Origin: Nemertoderma westbladi
Taxonomy: Eukaryota; Animalia; Xenacoelomorpha
Length of the DNA: 55,807 nucleotides
Assembly: GCA_032718475.1 (NCBI GenBank)
Contig: JAUCBJ010006673.1
Location: 1 to 55,807, forward strand
Reading direction: 5' to 3'
A program made the translations under genes and the position numbers. A model generated the notes under the pieces. That model searched no databases. It saw nothing but the letters and a program-made list of their open reading frames with translations, and was not told the origin of the DNA. Positions 29,301 to 43,088 of this stretch are shown here, piece by piece; within the stretch, counting starts at the first letter, position 1, and each line of letters starts with the position of its first letter.

Positions 29301-32300
29301 AGATATAGGTAAGTGAACGAGGGAGCGGATATAGACCGTAAAGATATAGGTAAGTGAACGAGGGAGCGGATATAGACAGTAGAGATATAGGTAAGTGAAT
29401 GAGGGAGCGGATATAGACCGTAAAGATATAGGTAAGTGAACGAGGGAGCGGATATAGACAGTAGAGATATAGGTAAGTGAATGAGGGAGCGGATATAGAC
29501 CGTAAAGATATAGGTAAGTGAACGAGGGAGCGGATACAGACCGTAAAGTTATAGGTAAGTGAACGAGGGAGCTGATATAGACCGTAAAGATATAGGTAAG
29601 TGAACGAGGGAGCTGATATAGACCGTAAAGATATAGGTAAGTGAACGAGGGAGCTGATATAGACCGTAAAGATATAGGTAAGTGAACGAGGGAGCGGATA
29701 CAGACCGTAAAGTTATAGGTAAGTGAACGAGGGAGCGGATACAGACCGTAAAGTTATAGGTAAGTGAACGAGGGAGCTGATACAGACCGTAAAGATATAG
29801 GTAAGTGAACGAGGGAGCGGATATAGACAGTAAATATATATAGGTAAGTGAACGAGGGAGCGGATACAGACCGTAAAGTTATAGGTAAGTGAACGAGGGA
29901 GCTGATATAGACCGTAAAGATATAGGTAAGTGAACGAGGGAGCTGATATAGACCGTAAAGATATAGGTAAGTGAACGAGGGAGCGGATATAGACAGTAGA
30001 GATATAGGTAAGTGAATGAGGGAGCGGATATAGACCGTAAAGATATAGGTAAGTGAACGAGGGAGCGGATACAGACCGTAAAGTTATAGGTAAGTGAACG
30101 AGGGAGCTGATATAGACCGTAAAGATATAGGTAAGTGAACGAGGGAGCTGATATAGACCGTAAAGATATAGGTAAGTGAACGAGGGAGCTGATATAGACC
30201 GTAAAGATATAGGTAAGTGAACGAGGGAGCGGATACAGACCGTAAAGTTATAGGTAAGTGAACGAGGGAGCTGATACAGACCGTAAAGATATAGGTAAGT
30301 GAACGAGGGAGCGGATATAGACAGTAAATATATATAGGTAAGTGAACGAGGGAGCGGATACAGACCGTAAAGTTATAGGTAAGTGAACGAGGGAGCTGAT
30401 ACAGACCGTAAAGATATAGGTAAGTGAACGAGGGAGCGGATATAGACTGTAAAGATATATGTAAGTGAACGAGTGAGCTGATACAGACCGTAAAGATATA
30501 GGTAAGTGAACGAGGGAGCTGATATAGACAGTAAATATATATAGGTAAGTGAACGAGGGAGCGGATACAGACCGTAAAGTTATAGGTAAGTGAACGAGGG
30601 AGCTGATACAGACCGTAAAGATATAGGTAAGTGAACGAGGGAGCGGATATAGACAGTAAATATATATAGGTAAGTGAACGAGGGAGCTGATATAGACCGT
30701 AAAGATATTGGTAAGTGAACGAGGGAGCTGATATAGACCGTAAAGATATAGGTAAGTGAACGAGGGAGCGGATATAGACAGTAAATATATAGGTAAGTGA
30801 ACGAGGGAGCGGATACAGACAGTAAAGATATAGGTAAGTGAACGAGGGAGCGGATATAGACTGTAAAGATATAGGTAAGTGAACGATGGAGCTGATACAG
30901 ACCGTAAAGATATAGGTAAGTGAACGAGGGAGCTGATATAGACCGTAAAGATATTGGTAAGTGAACGAGGGAGCTGATATAGACCGTAAAGATATAGGTA
31001 AGTGAACGAGGGAGCTGATATAGACCGTAAAGATATAGGTAAGTGAACGAGGGAGCGGATATAGACTGTAAAGATATATGTAAGTGAACGAGTGAGCTGA
31101 TACAGACCGTAAAGATATAGGTAAGTGAACGAGGGAGCTGATACAGACCGTAAAGATATAGGTAAGTGAACGAGGGAGCGGATATAGACTGTAAAGATAT
31201 ATGTAAGTGAACGAGTGAGCTGATACAGACCGTAAAGATATAGGTAAGTGAACGATGGAGCTGATACAGACCGTAAAGATATAGGTAAGTGAACGAGGGA
31301 GCTGATATAGACCGTAAAGATATTGGTAAGTGAACGAGGGAGCTGATATAGACCGTAAAGATATAGGTAAGTGAACGAGGGAGCTGATATAGACCGTAAA
31401 GATATAGGTAAGTGAACGAGGGAGCGGATACAGACCGTAAAGTTATAGGTAAGTGAACGAGGGAGCTGATACAGACCGTAAAGATATAGGTAAGTGAACG
31501 AGGGAGCTGATACAGACCATAAAGATATAGGTAAGTGAACGAGGGAGCGGATATAGACTGTAAAGATATATGTAAGTGAACGAGTGAGCTGATACAGACC
31601 GTAAAGATATAGGTAAGTGAACGAGGGAGCTGATATAGACAGTAAATATATATAGGTAAGTGAACGAGGGAGCGGATACAGACCGTAAAGTTATAGGTAA
31701 GTGAACGAGGGAGCTGATACAGACCGTAAAGATATAGGTAAGTGAACGAGGGAGCGGATATAGACAGTAAATATATATAGGTAAGTGAACGAGGGAGCTG
31801 ATATAGACCGTAAAGATATTGGTAAGTGAACGAGGGAGCTGATATAGACCGTAAAGATATAGGTAAGTGAACGAGGGAGCGGATACAGACCGTAAAGTTA
31901 TAGGTAAGTGAACGAGGGAGCGGATATAGACAGTAAATATATAGGTAAGTGAACGAGGGAGCGGATACAGACAGTAAAGATATAGGTAAGTGAACGAGGG
32001 AGCGGATATAGACTGTAAAGATATAGGTAAGTGAACGATGGAGCTGATACAGACCGTAAAGATATAGGTAAGTGAACGAGGGAGCTGATATAGACCGTAA
32101 AGATATTGGTAAGTGAACGAGGGAGCTGATATAGACCGTAAAGATATAGGTAAGTGAACGAGGGAGCTGATATAGACCGTAAAGATATAGGTAAGTGAAC
32201 GAGGGAGCGGATACAGACCGTAAAGTTATAGGTAAGTGAACGAGGGAGCTGATACAGACCGTAAAGATATAGGTAAGTGAACGAGGGAGCGGATATAGAC

Positions 32301-35300
32301 AGTAAATATATATAGGTAAGTGAACGAGGGAGCGGATATAGACAGTAAATATATATAGGTAAGTGAACGAGGGAGCGGATACAGACCGTAAAGTTATAGG
32401 TAAGTGAACGAGGGAGCTGATACAGACCGTAAAGATATAGGTAAGTGAACGAGGGAGCGGATATAGACAGTAAATATATATAGGTAAGTGAACGAGGGAG
32501 CGGATATAGACAGTAAATATATATAGGTAAGTGAACGAGGGAGCTGATATAGACCGTAAAGATATAGGTAAGTGAACGAGGGAGCGGATATAGACAGTAA
32601 ATATATATAGGTAAGTGAACGAGGGAGCGGATACAGACCGTAAAGTTATAGGTAAGTGAACGAGGGTGCTGATACAGACCGTAAAGATATAGGTAAGTGA
32701 ATGAGAGAGTGGATATAGACTGTAAAGATATAGGTAAGTGAACGAGGGTGCTGATACAGACCGTAAAGATATAGGTAAGTGAACGAGGGAGCTGATACAG
32801 ACCGTAAAGATATAGGTAAGTGAACGAGGGAGCGGATATAGACTGTAAAGTTATAGGTAAGTGAACGAGGGAGCTGATATAGACCGTAAAGATATAGGTA
32901 AGTGAACGAGGGAGCGGATACAGACCGTAATTGATATAGGTAAGTGAACGAGGGAGCTGATACAGACCGTAAAGATATAAAAAAGGTAAGTGAACGAGGG
33001 AGCGGATACAGACTGTAAAGATATAGGTAAGTGAACGAGGGAGCTGATACAGACCGTAAAGATATAGGTAAGTGAACGAGGGAGCGGATATAGACAGTAG
33101 AGATATAGGTAAGTGAACGAGGGAGCTGATACAGACCGTAAAGATATAGGTAAGTGAACGAGGGAGCGGATATAGACTGTAAAGATATAGGTAAGTGAAC
33201 GATGGAGCTGATACAGACCGTAAAGATATAGGTAAGTGAACGAGGGAGCTGATATAGACCGTAAAGATATTGGTAAGTGAACGAGGGAGCTGATATAGAC
33301 CGTAAAGATATAGGTAAGTGAACGAGGGAGCTGATATAGACCGTAAAGATATAGGTAAGTGAACGAGGGAGCGGATACAGACCGTAAAGTTATAGGTAAG
33401 TGAACGAGGGAGCTGATACAGACCGTAAAGATATAGGTAAGTGAACGAGGGAGCGGATATAGACAGTAAATATATATAGGTAAGTGAACGAGGGAGCGGA
33501 TATAGACAGTAAATATATATAGGTAAGTGAACGAGGGAGCGGATACAGACCGTAAAGTTATAGGTAAGTGAACGAGGGAGCTGATACAGACCGTAAAGAT
33601 ATAGGTAAGTGAACGAGGGAGCGGATATAGACAGTAAATATATATAGGTAAGTGAACGAGGGAGCGGATATAGACAGTAAATATATATAGGTAAGTGAAC
33701 GAGGGAGCTGATATAGACCGTAAAGATATAGGTAAGTGAACGAGGGAGCGGATATAGACAGTAAATATATATAGGTAAGTGAACGAGGGAGCGGATACAG
33801 ACCGTAAAGTTATAGGTAAGTGAACGAGGGTGCTGATACAGACCGTAAAGATATAGGTAAGTGAATGAGAGAGTGGATATAGACTGTAAAGATATAGGTA
33901 AGTGAACGAGGGTGCTGATACAGACCGTAAAGATATAGGTAAGTGAACGAGGGAGCTGATACAGACCGTAAAGATATAGGTAAGTGAACGAGGGAGCGGA
34001 TATAGACTGTAAAGTTATAGGTAAGTGAACGAGGGAGCTGATATAGACCGTAAAGATATAGGTAAGTGAACGAGGGAGCGGATACAGACCGTAATTGATA
34101 TAGGTAAGTGAACGAGGGAGCTGATACAGACCGTAAAGATATAAAAAAGGTAAGTGAACGAGGGAGCGGATACAGACTGTAAAGATATAGGTAAGTGAAC
34201 GAGGGAGCTGATACAGACCGTAAAGATATAGGTAAGTGAACGAGGGAGCGGATATAGACAGTAGAGATATAGGTAAGTGAACGAGGGAGCTGATACAGAC
34301 CGTAAAGATATAGGTAAGTGAACGAGGGAGCTGATATAGACCGTAAAGATATAGGTAAGTGAACGAGGGAGCTGATATAGACAGTAAAGATATAGGTAAG
34401 TGAACGAGGGAGCGGATATAGACTGTAAAGATATAGGTAAGTGAACGAGGGAGCTAATACAGACCATAAAGATATAGGTAAGTGAACGAGGGAGCGGATA
34501 CAGACCGTAAAGTTATAGGTAAGTGAACGAGGGAGCGGATATAGACAGTAGAGATATAGGTAAGTGAATGAGGGAGCTGATACAGACCGTAAAGATATAG
34601 GTAAGTGAACGAGGTAGCTGATACAGACCGTAAAGATATAGGTAAGTGAACGAGGGAGCTGATATAGACAGTAGAGATATAGGTAAGTGAATGAGGGAGC
34701 GGATATAGACCGTAAAGATATATAGGTAAGTGAACGAGGGAGCTGATACAGACCGTAAAGATATAGGTAAGTGAACGAGGGAGCTGATACAGACCGTAAA
34801 GATATAGGTAAGTGAACGAGGGAGCTGATACAGACCGTAAAGATATAGGTAAGTGAACGAGGGAGCTGATATAGACCGTAAAGATATATAGGTAAGTGAA
34901 CGAGGGAGCTGATACAGACCGTAGAGATATAGGTAAGTGAACGAGGGAGCGGATATAGACAGTAGAGATATAGGTAAGTGAACGAGGGAGCTGATACAGA
35001 CCGTAAAGATATAGGTAAGTGAACGAGGGAGCTGATATAGACCGTAAAGATATATAGGTAAGTGAACGAGGGAGCTGATACAGACCGTAAAGTTATAGGT
35101 AAGTGAACGAGGGAGCGGATACAGACCGTAAAGATATAGGTAAGTGAACGAGGGAGCTGATATAGACCGTAAAGATATATAGGTAAGTGAACGAGGGAGC
35201 TGATACAGACCGTAGAGATATAGGTAAGTGAACGAGGGAGCGGATATAGACAGTAGAGATATAGGTAAGTGAACGAGGGAGCGGATATAGACCGTAGAGA

Positions 35301-38300
35301 TATAGGTAAGTGAACGAGGGAGCGGATATAGACAGTAAATATATATAGGTAAGTGAATGAGGGAGCTGATACAGACCGTAAAGATATAGGTAAGTGAACG
35401 AGGGAGCTGATACAGACCGTAAAGATATAGGTAAGTGAACGAGGGAGCGGATATAGACAGTAAATATATAGGTAAGTGAACGAGGGAGCGGATACAGACA
35501 GTAAAGATATAGGTAAGTGAACGAGGGAGCGGATATAGACTGTAAAGATATAGGTAAGTGAACGATGGAGCTGATACAGACCGTAAAGATATAGGTAAGT
35601 GAACGAGGGAGCTGATATAGACCGTAAAGATATTGGTAAGTGAACGAGGGAGCTGATATAGACCGTAAAGATATAGGTAAGTGAACGAGGGAGCTGATTA
35701 GACCGTAAAGATATAGGTAAGTGAACGAGGGAGCGGATACAGACCGTAAAGTTATAGGTAAGTGAACGAGGGAGCTGATACAGACCGTAAAGATATAGGT
35801 AAGTGAACGAGGGAGCGGATATAGACAGTAAATATATATAGGTAAGTGAACGAGGGAGCGGATATAGACAGTAAATATATATAGGTAAGTGAACGAGGGA
35901 GCGGATACAGACCGTAAAGTTATAGGTAAGTGAACGAGGGAGCTGATACAGACCGTAAAGATATAGGTAAGTGAACGAGGGAGCGGATATAGACAGTAAA
36001 TATATATAGGTAAGTGAACGAGGGAGCGGATATAGACAGTAAATATATATAGGTAAGTGAACGAGGGAGCTGATATAGACCGTAAAGATATAGGTAAGTG
36101 AACGAGGGAGCGGATATAGACAGTAAATATATATAGGTAAGTGAACGAGGGAGCGGATACAGACCGTAAAGTTATAGGTAAGTGAACGAGGGAGCGGATA
36201 CAGACCGTAAAGTTATAGGTAAGTGAACGAGGGTGCTGATACAGACCGTAAAGATATAGGTAAGTGAACGAGGGAGCTGATACAGACCGTAAAGATATAG
36301 GTAAGTGAACGAGGGAGCGGATATAGACAGTAAAGATATAGGTAAGTGAACGAGGGAGCGGATATAGACTGTAAAGATATAGGTAAGTGAACGAGGGAGC
36401 TAATACAGACCATAAAGATATAGGTAAGTGAACGAGGGAGCGGATACAGACCGTAAAGTTATAGGTAAGTGAACGAGGGAGCTGATATAGACCGTAAAGA
36501 TATAGGTAAGTGAACGAGGGAGCGGATACAGACCGTAATTGATATAGGTAAGTGAACGAGGGAGCTGATACAGACCGTAAAGATATAAAAAAGGTAAGTG
36601 AACGAGGGAGCGGATACAGACTGTAAAGATATAGGTAAGTGAACGAGGGAGCGGATACAGACCGTAAAGATATAGGTAAGTGAACGAGGGAGCGGATACA
36701 GACCGTAATTGATATAGGTAAGTGAACGAGGGAGCTGATACAGACCGTAAAGATATAAAAAAGGTAAGTGAACGAGGGAGCGGATACAGACTGTAAAGAT
36801 ATAGGTAAGTGAACGAGGGAGCTGATACAGACCGTAAAGATATAGGTAAGTGAACGAGGGAGCGGATATAGACAGTAGAGATATAGGTAAGTGAACGAGG
36901 GAGCTGATACAGACCGTAATTGATATAGGTAAGTGAACGAGGGAGCTGATACAGACCGTAAAGATATAGGTAAGTGAACGAGGGAGCGGATACAGACCGT
37001 AATTGATATAGGTAAGTGAACGAGGGAGCTGATACAGACCGTAAAGATATAAAAAAGGTAAGTGAACGAGGGAGCGGATACAGACTGTAAAGATATAGGT
37101 AAGTGAACGAGGGAGCGGATACAGACCGTAAAGATATAGGTAAGTGAACGAGGGAGCGGATACAGACCGTAATTGATATAGGTAAGTGAACGAGGGAGCT
37201 GATACAGACCGTAAAGATATAAAAAAGGTAAGTGAACGAGGGAGCGGATACAGACTGTAAAGATATAGGTAAGTGAACGAGGGAGCTGATACAGACCGTA
37301 AAGATATAGGTAAGTGAACGAGGGAGCGGATATAGACAGTAGAGATATAGGTAAGTGAACGAGGGAGCTGATACAGACCGTAAAGATATAGGTAAGTGAA
37401 CGAGGGAGCTGATATAGACCGTAAAGATATAGGTAAGTGAACGAGGGAGCTGATATAGACAGTAAAGATATAGGTAAGTGAACGAGGGAGCGGATATAGA
37501 CTGTAAAGATATAGGTAAGTGAACGAGGGAGCTAATACAGACCATAAAGATATAGGTAAGTGAACGAGGGAGCGGATACAGACCGTAAAGTTATAGGTAA
37601 GTGAACGAGGGAGCGGATATAGACAGTAGAGATATAGGTAAGTGAATGAGGGAGCTGATACAGACCGTAAAGATATAGGTAAGTGAACGAGGGAGCTGAT
37701 ACAGACCGTAAAGATATAGGTAAGTGAACGAGGGAGCTGATATAGACAGTAGAGATATAGGTAAGTGAATGAGGGAGCGGATATAGACCGTAAAGATATA
37801 TAGGTAAGTGAACGAGGGAGCTGATACAGACCGTAAAGATATAGGTAAGTGAACGAGGGAGCTGATACAGACCGTAAAGATATAGGTAAGTGAACGAGGG
37901 AGCTGATACAGACCGTAAAGATATAGGTAAGTGAACGAGGGAGCTGATATAGACCGTAAAGATATATAGGTAAGTGAACGAGGGAGCTGATACAGACCGT
38001 AAAGATATAGGTAAGTGAACGAGGGAGCGGATATAGACAGTAGAGATATAGGTAAGTGAACGAGGGAGCGGATATAGACAGTAGAGATATAGGTAAGTGA
38101 ATGAGGGAGCTGATACAGACCGTAAAGATATAGGTAAGTGAACGAGGGAGCTGATACAGACCGTAAAGATATAGGTAAGTGAACGAGGGAGCGGATATAG
38201 ACAGTAAAGATATAGGTAAGTGAACGAGGGAGCTGATATAGACGGTAAAGATATAGGTAAGTGAACGAGGGAGCTGATTTAGACCGTAAAGATATAGGTA

Positions 38301-39686
38301 AGTGAACGAGGGAGCGGATATAGACAGTAGAGATATAGGTAAGTGAACGAGGGAGCTGATATAGACAGTAGAGATATAGGTAAGTGAACGAGGGAGCGGA
38401 TATAGACCGTAAAGATATAGGTAAGTGAACGAGGGAGCGGATATAGACAGTAGAGATATAGGTAAGTGAACGAGGGAGCTGATATAGACCGTAAAGATAT
38501 ATAGGTAAGTGAACGAGGGAGCTGATACAGACCGTAAAGATATAGGTAAGTGAACGAGGGAGCGGATATAGACAGTAGAGATATAGGTAAGTGAATGAGG
38601 GAGCGGATATAGACCGTAAAGATATAGGTAAGTGAACGAGGGAGCGGATATAGACAGTAGAGATATAGGTAAGTGAACGAGGGAGCTGATATAGACCGTA
38701 AAGATATATAGGTAAGTGAACGAGGGAGCTGATACAGACCGTAAAGATATAGGTAAGTGAACGAGGGAGCTGATACAGACCGTAAAGATATAGGTAAGTG
38801 AACGAGGGAGCGGATATAGACAGTAGAGATATAGGTAAGTGAACGAGGGAGCTGATATAGACAGTAGAGATATAGGTAAGTGAACGAGGGAGCGGATACA
38901 GATTGTAAAGATATAGGTAAGTGAACGAGGGAGCGGATACAGACCGTAAAGATATAGGTAAGTGAACGAGGGAGCGGATACAGACCGTAAAGTTATAGGT
39001 AAGTGAACGAGGGAGCTGATACCGTAAAGATATAGGTAAGTGAACGAGGGAGCTGATACAGACCGTAAATATATAGGTAAGTGAACGAGGGAGCTGATAC
39101 AGACCGTAAAGATATAGGTAAGTGAACGAGGGAGCTGATACAGACCGTAAAGATATAGGTAAGTGAACGAGGGAGCGGATACAGACCGTAAAGTTATAGG
39201 TAAGTGAACGAGGGAGCTGATACCGTAAAGATATAGGTAAGTGAACGAGGGAGCTGATACAGACCGTAAAGTTATAGGTAAGTGAACGAGGGAGCTGATA
39301 CAGACCGTAAAGATATAGGTAAGTGAACGAGGGAGCTGATACAGACCGTAAAGATATAGGTAAGTGAACGAGGGAGCTGATACAGACCGTAAAGATATAG
39401 GTAAGTGAACGAGGGAGCGGATACAGACCGTAAAGTTATAGGTAAGTGAACGAGGGAGCTGATACAGACCGTAAAGTTATAGGTAAGTGAACGAGGGAGC
39501 TGATACAGACCGTAAAGATATAGGTAAGTGAACGAGGGAGCTTATATAGACCGTAAAGATATAGGTAAGTGAACGAGGGAGCGGATATAGACCGTAAAGA
39601 TATAGGTAAGTGAACGAGGGAGCGGATACAGACCGTAAAGTTATAGGTAAGTGAACGAGGGAGCTTATATAGACCATAAAGATATA
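8344..39686 (+). repeat. ~31.3 kb tandem array of a 41-bp unit (~760 copies) derived from the KIDINS220 exon-2 end plus 5' splice site
   Basis: Consensus gtgaacgagggagc(g/t)gata(t/c)agac(c/a)gtaaagatatag|gtaa. The first unit overlaps coding sequence (V-N-E-G-A-D-I-D-R-K-D-I-G). The copy number is an estimate from length/41. Confidence 0.98.
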
Positions 39687-40758
39687 TTCCTGCCTGTTAT
39701 CAATCCTATGTGCGCCTTGTTTGGGTTGGGGTGCAGATTAAAAGGGGTTGAAGGGGAGGAACTTTCCGCTCTTCTTTGATTTATTGACGGTTTGGTTAAC
39801 TTTGTTTGGTTATATTCCGATTTTGTGTTAGAAGAATTGCTCAAATTTAGTTTGTATCTCATAACTGAGCCTCGTGCTGTGCGAAGGCCCCCACGAACGT
39901 CTACTCATTGTCAACCGGGCTCCATATAGAGACTCATTGTCGATTGTGGCCCCTGTGAAGTACAGCAGACTTTCTGCTGTTATATAATAGGACACGCTGC
40001 CAATGCCTTTACTGCATTAAAATAATTAACTGCTTTTATCTTAGATTCCCGAAGGCCACACGTAAATTATATTTGGAAAAATTCTCAACTTTTGACATAT
40101 TTATTTGTATACAATAAATACAAAGTTTGGTTAGAATTAATCGAGGATTGGCTGAGTTATTAACGTTTAAAATAAATATTGAGATCTACAAATCGACAGA
40201 CACACAGTTGAGATAGCGGTACCCGGCATTAGTTCATTTGGTCTTTAGGTTCTGCGTCTTCAGGTCATTCTTAACGGTAGTGCAGTTAGGTACAGTAGGT
40301 GCTCGCGGGTAAATATTAATACAATGCAAAGGGGGTAATATAGAAATAAAAATTATTATTCAACCCATGAATATTAATATTATTATTACCTTAGTTATAT
40401 TTGGGTGTCGACCTTCATCCCCTGTAATATTTCCTATACCCGCATGGCCATCATGTTCTTCGCACATTCATTTGCATATATAAATATTATTAACTTGATA
40501 CTACAGAATACATTTACGAAAATACCATCCTAGTTTTTTTTATCAGCAAATATATTTATAATATCACCCCAGTCAATAAATTTTGAAAATAACTGTGGCA
40601 TGATGGGATTCAATTTAGATATTGTTTATTGTTTTGGTTTAGAAAAGTCCGCCTCTGTAACCGGCTCCTTTCCATTACCCGTAATTGGTTTGGTACCATG
40701 GATATCGATTATTGTTTTGGTTACAAAACCGTCTCTGTAACCTTCTCCTTTCCCTTAA

Positions 40759-43088
40759 ACCTTGTCCAACGGGAAATAAAAAAAGCTAAATCTGAATATT
40801 TGTACAACAAAATAAGTGAGAATAAAGATAATCCAAAAAGTCTATGGTCTACCCTAAAATCTTTAGGTTATAAAAACCTTAAATCTAAATCGAATATTGT
40901 TCTGCAAGATAACGGTGAGCTGATTCATGATCATACTCTAGTTAGTAATTTATTTAATAATTATTTTACTAATGTTGCCTCTAATTTAGTTAAGAAATTA
41001 CCGTTATCAAGTAATAAATATAGTATAGGGTCCGAAACTCTAAATAATTTTTATTTAGAAAAGTTACAAAATTCAGAAAAGTTATTTTTAAAACCCGTTT
41101 CTGAGGATTTCGTTTTTAAAAATCTACTTAGCCTATCAGCCTCAAAAAGTACCGGTCTAGATCTAATACCTGCCCGTTTTCTTACGGATGGTGCTGAAGT
41201 ACTTAAAGTGCCTATTACTTTTATTATTAATTACTCTATCGTAGATAATGTAGTACCAGACGAACTGAAATTAGCTAAGGTTGTTCCTCTGTATAAAAAG
41301 AATAGTAAAGTAGAACCCTGTAATTACAGACCTGTTAGTATCTTAAGTATTGTATCTAAAATTCTAGAACGTTCTGTTTTTCTACAGCTGGAAGCACATC
41401 TTAGTAGGCTAAATCTGATCTATGAACTTCAGTCCGGTTTTCGTAAATCATATTCTACACCTGCCTTATTAACTTAACTGATACAATTAGATGTAATAAC
41501 GCAAAGGGTTTATATACTGGTATGGTAATGTTGGACCTACAAAAGGCTTTCGATACTGTAGATCACGAAATTCTGCTTGGTAAGTTAGGCCTGATGGGTG
41601 TAGGTTCTATAGACTGGTTCAAGTCCTACCTGTCAGACAGAGGTCAAACTGTAGTCATTAGCAAATCGCTGTCTACTGTACAAGAGATTACCTGTGGTGT
41701 ACCGCAAGGTAGTATATTAGGTCCTCTGCTTTGTGTATGCTATGTAAATGATATGATAGTAGTATAGATCCCGATTTTAAACTCATTTTATATGCCGACG
41801 ACAGTGCTCTTATTTTCTCTCATAAAGATCCTATCCATATTTCCCAAAAGTTAAGTGCAGTTCTAGAATCCTGTAATGAGTGGTTGATTGATAATAAGCT
41901 ATCCATTCACTACGGTAAAACTGAAAGTATTTTGTTTGGTTCCAAAAGAAAGTTAAAGAAGGTAACTAAGTTTGAAGTCACTAGTAATGGACATAAGATT
42001 GAAAATAAAAAGGAAGTTAAATATTTAGGCGCCACATTGGATAACTGCTTATCAGGAGAAAGCATAGCGAAAAATATTTTCTCGAAAGTTAACAGTAGGC
42101 TTAGGTTTCTATACAGAAATAAAAATAGTTTGAACACCGACTCCCGCAAGTTACTTTGCTCTTCTTTAATACAGTGTCACATGGACTATGCGTGCTCTTC
42201 TTGGTATGAAGGCTTAACCAAACAGCTTAAATGTAAATTACAAGTAGCTCAGAATAAAGTAGTACGATTTATTAAAGACTACAAACCTAGGCACCACCTA
42301 ACTCCAGATGACTTTTCTGAATCTGGACTACTTAACTTAGATAGTAGAGTTAAGCAGCTACGCCTTAACCATGTGCATAAAGTGTATAATGGTAAATGTC
42401 CCAATTACCTAAAACAAAAATTCAACAGAGTACGCGATACACACTCTTACAGTACCAGAGCTAGTGCTTCAAACTTCTACCTCCCGAATTGTAAATCCTT
42501 TGAATCTGATACTTTCTTTTTTAACGGCATAAAAAATTGGAACGCTCTGCCTAATGAAATTAAAAACCTAGATAATCAACATTCTTTTAAATCTGCAGTT
42601 AAATCTCACCTCCGTTTGCAATGTAAAAATAGGTACAATAGTCCTACAGTAAGTTATTAGTTTATTAATTATTTACTATTTATACTGTAATTACGTTTTA
42701 TAATAAATTGTTCTGTACATTACATCTTTATCGTTGAGTCGGGCATTGTCACGCTCTCGGTAAAGTTGTACATGTACATAGTGTAATTACGTTTTATAAT
42801 AAATTGTTCTGTACATTACATCTTTATTGTTGAGTCAGACATTGTCACGCTCTCGGTAAAGTTGTACATGTACATAGTGTAATTACGTTTTATATTGGTT
42901 TTAGGTTAGCGTAGTGTAATATTGTATTTGTAACCAAGTAACATAAAGGACCCCCTTGGAAATAAGCTGCAAAGCTTTAGGGGTAATCCTATATGTTATG
43001 TTGGACAATACCTTTATACCGGTACATTGTTTGGTGTATTTGTTATTGTTTTTACATAATGTATAAATAAATCTATCTATCTATCTAT
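40759..43088 (+). mobile_element. 5'-truncated, frameshifted non-LTR retrotransposon (CR1/L2 group)
   Basis: RT motifs NYRPVSILSIVSKILER, QSGFR, LDLQKAFDTVDH, GVPQGSILGPLL and YADD (41791-41802). Frameshifts near 41460 and 41757, stop at 42660. The 3' end is AATAAA plus a (TCTA)4 tail. Possible TTAA target duplication at 40755-58 and 43089-92. Confidence 0.92.
42686..42894 (+). repeat. 96-bp direct repeat (~2.2 copies) in the LINE 3' UTR
   Basis: tgtaattacgttttata... starts at 42686, 42782 and 42878. Confidence 0.9.

Noticed and set aside
15434-39677. Long minus-strand ORFs (up to 1189 aa, repeating YLYLYGLYPLPRSLTYIFTV...)
   Set aside because: The reverse complement of the 41-bp unit lacks stops in all frames. 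The same peptide appears in three overlapping frames, ORF ends follow chance variants, and indel variants are frequent.
8344-39686. CRISPR array or spacer-like system
   Set aside because: Head-to-tail copies with no unique spacers, no cas genes, and a spliceosomal-gene context.
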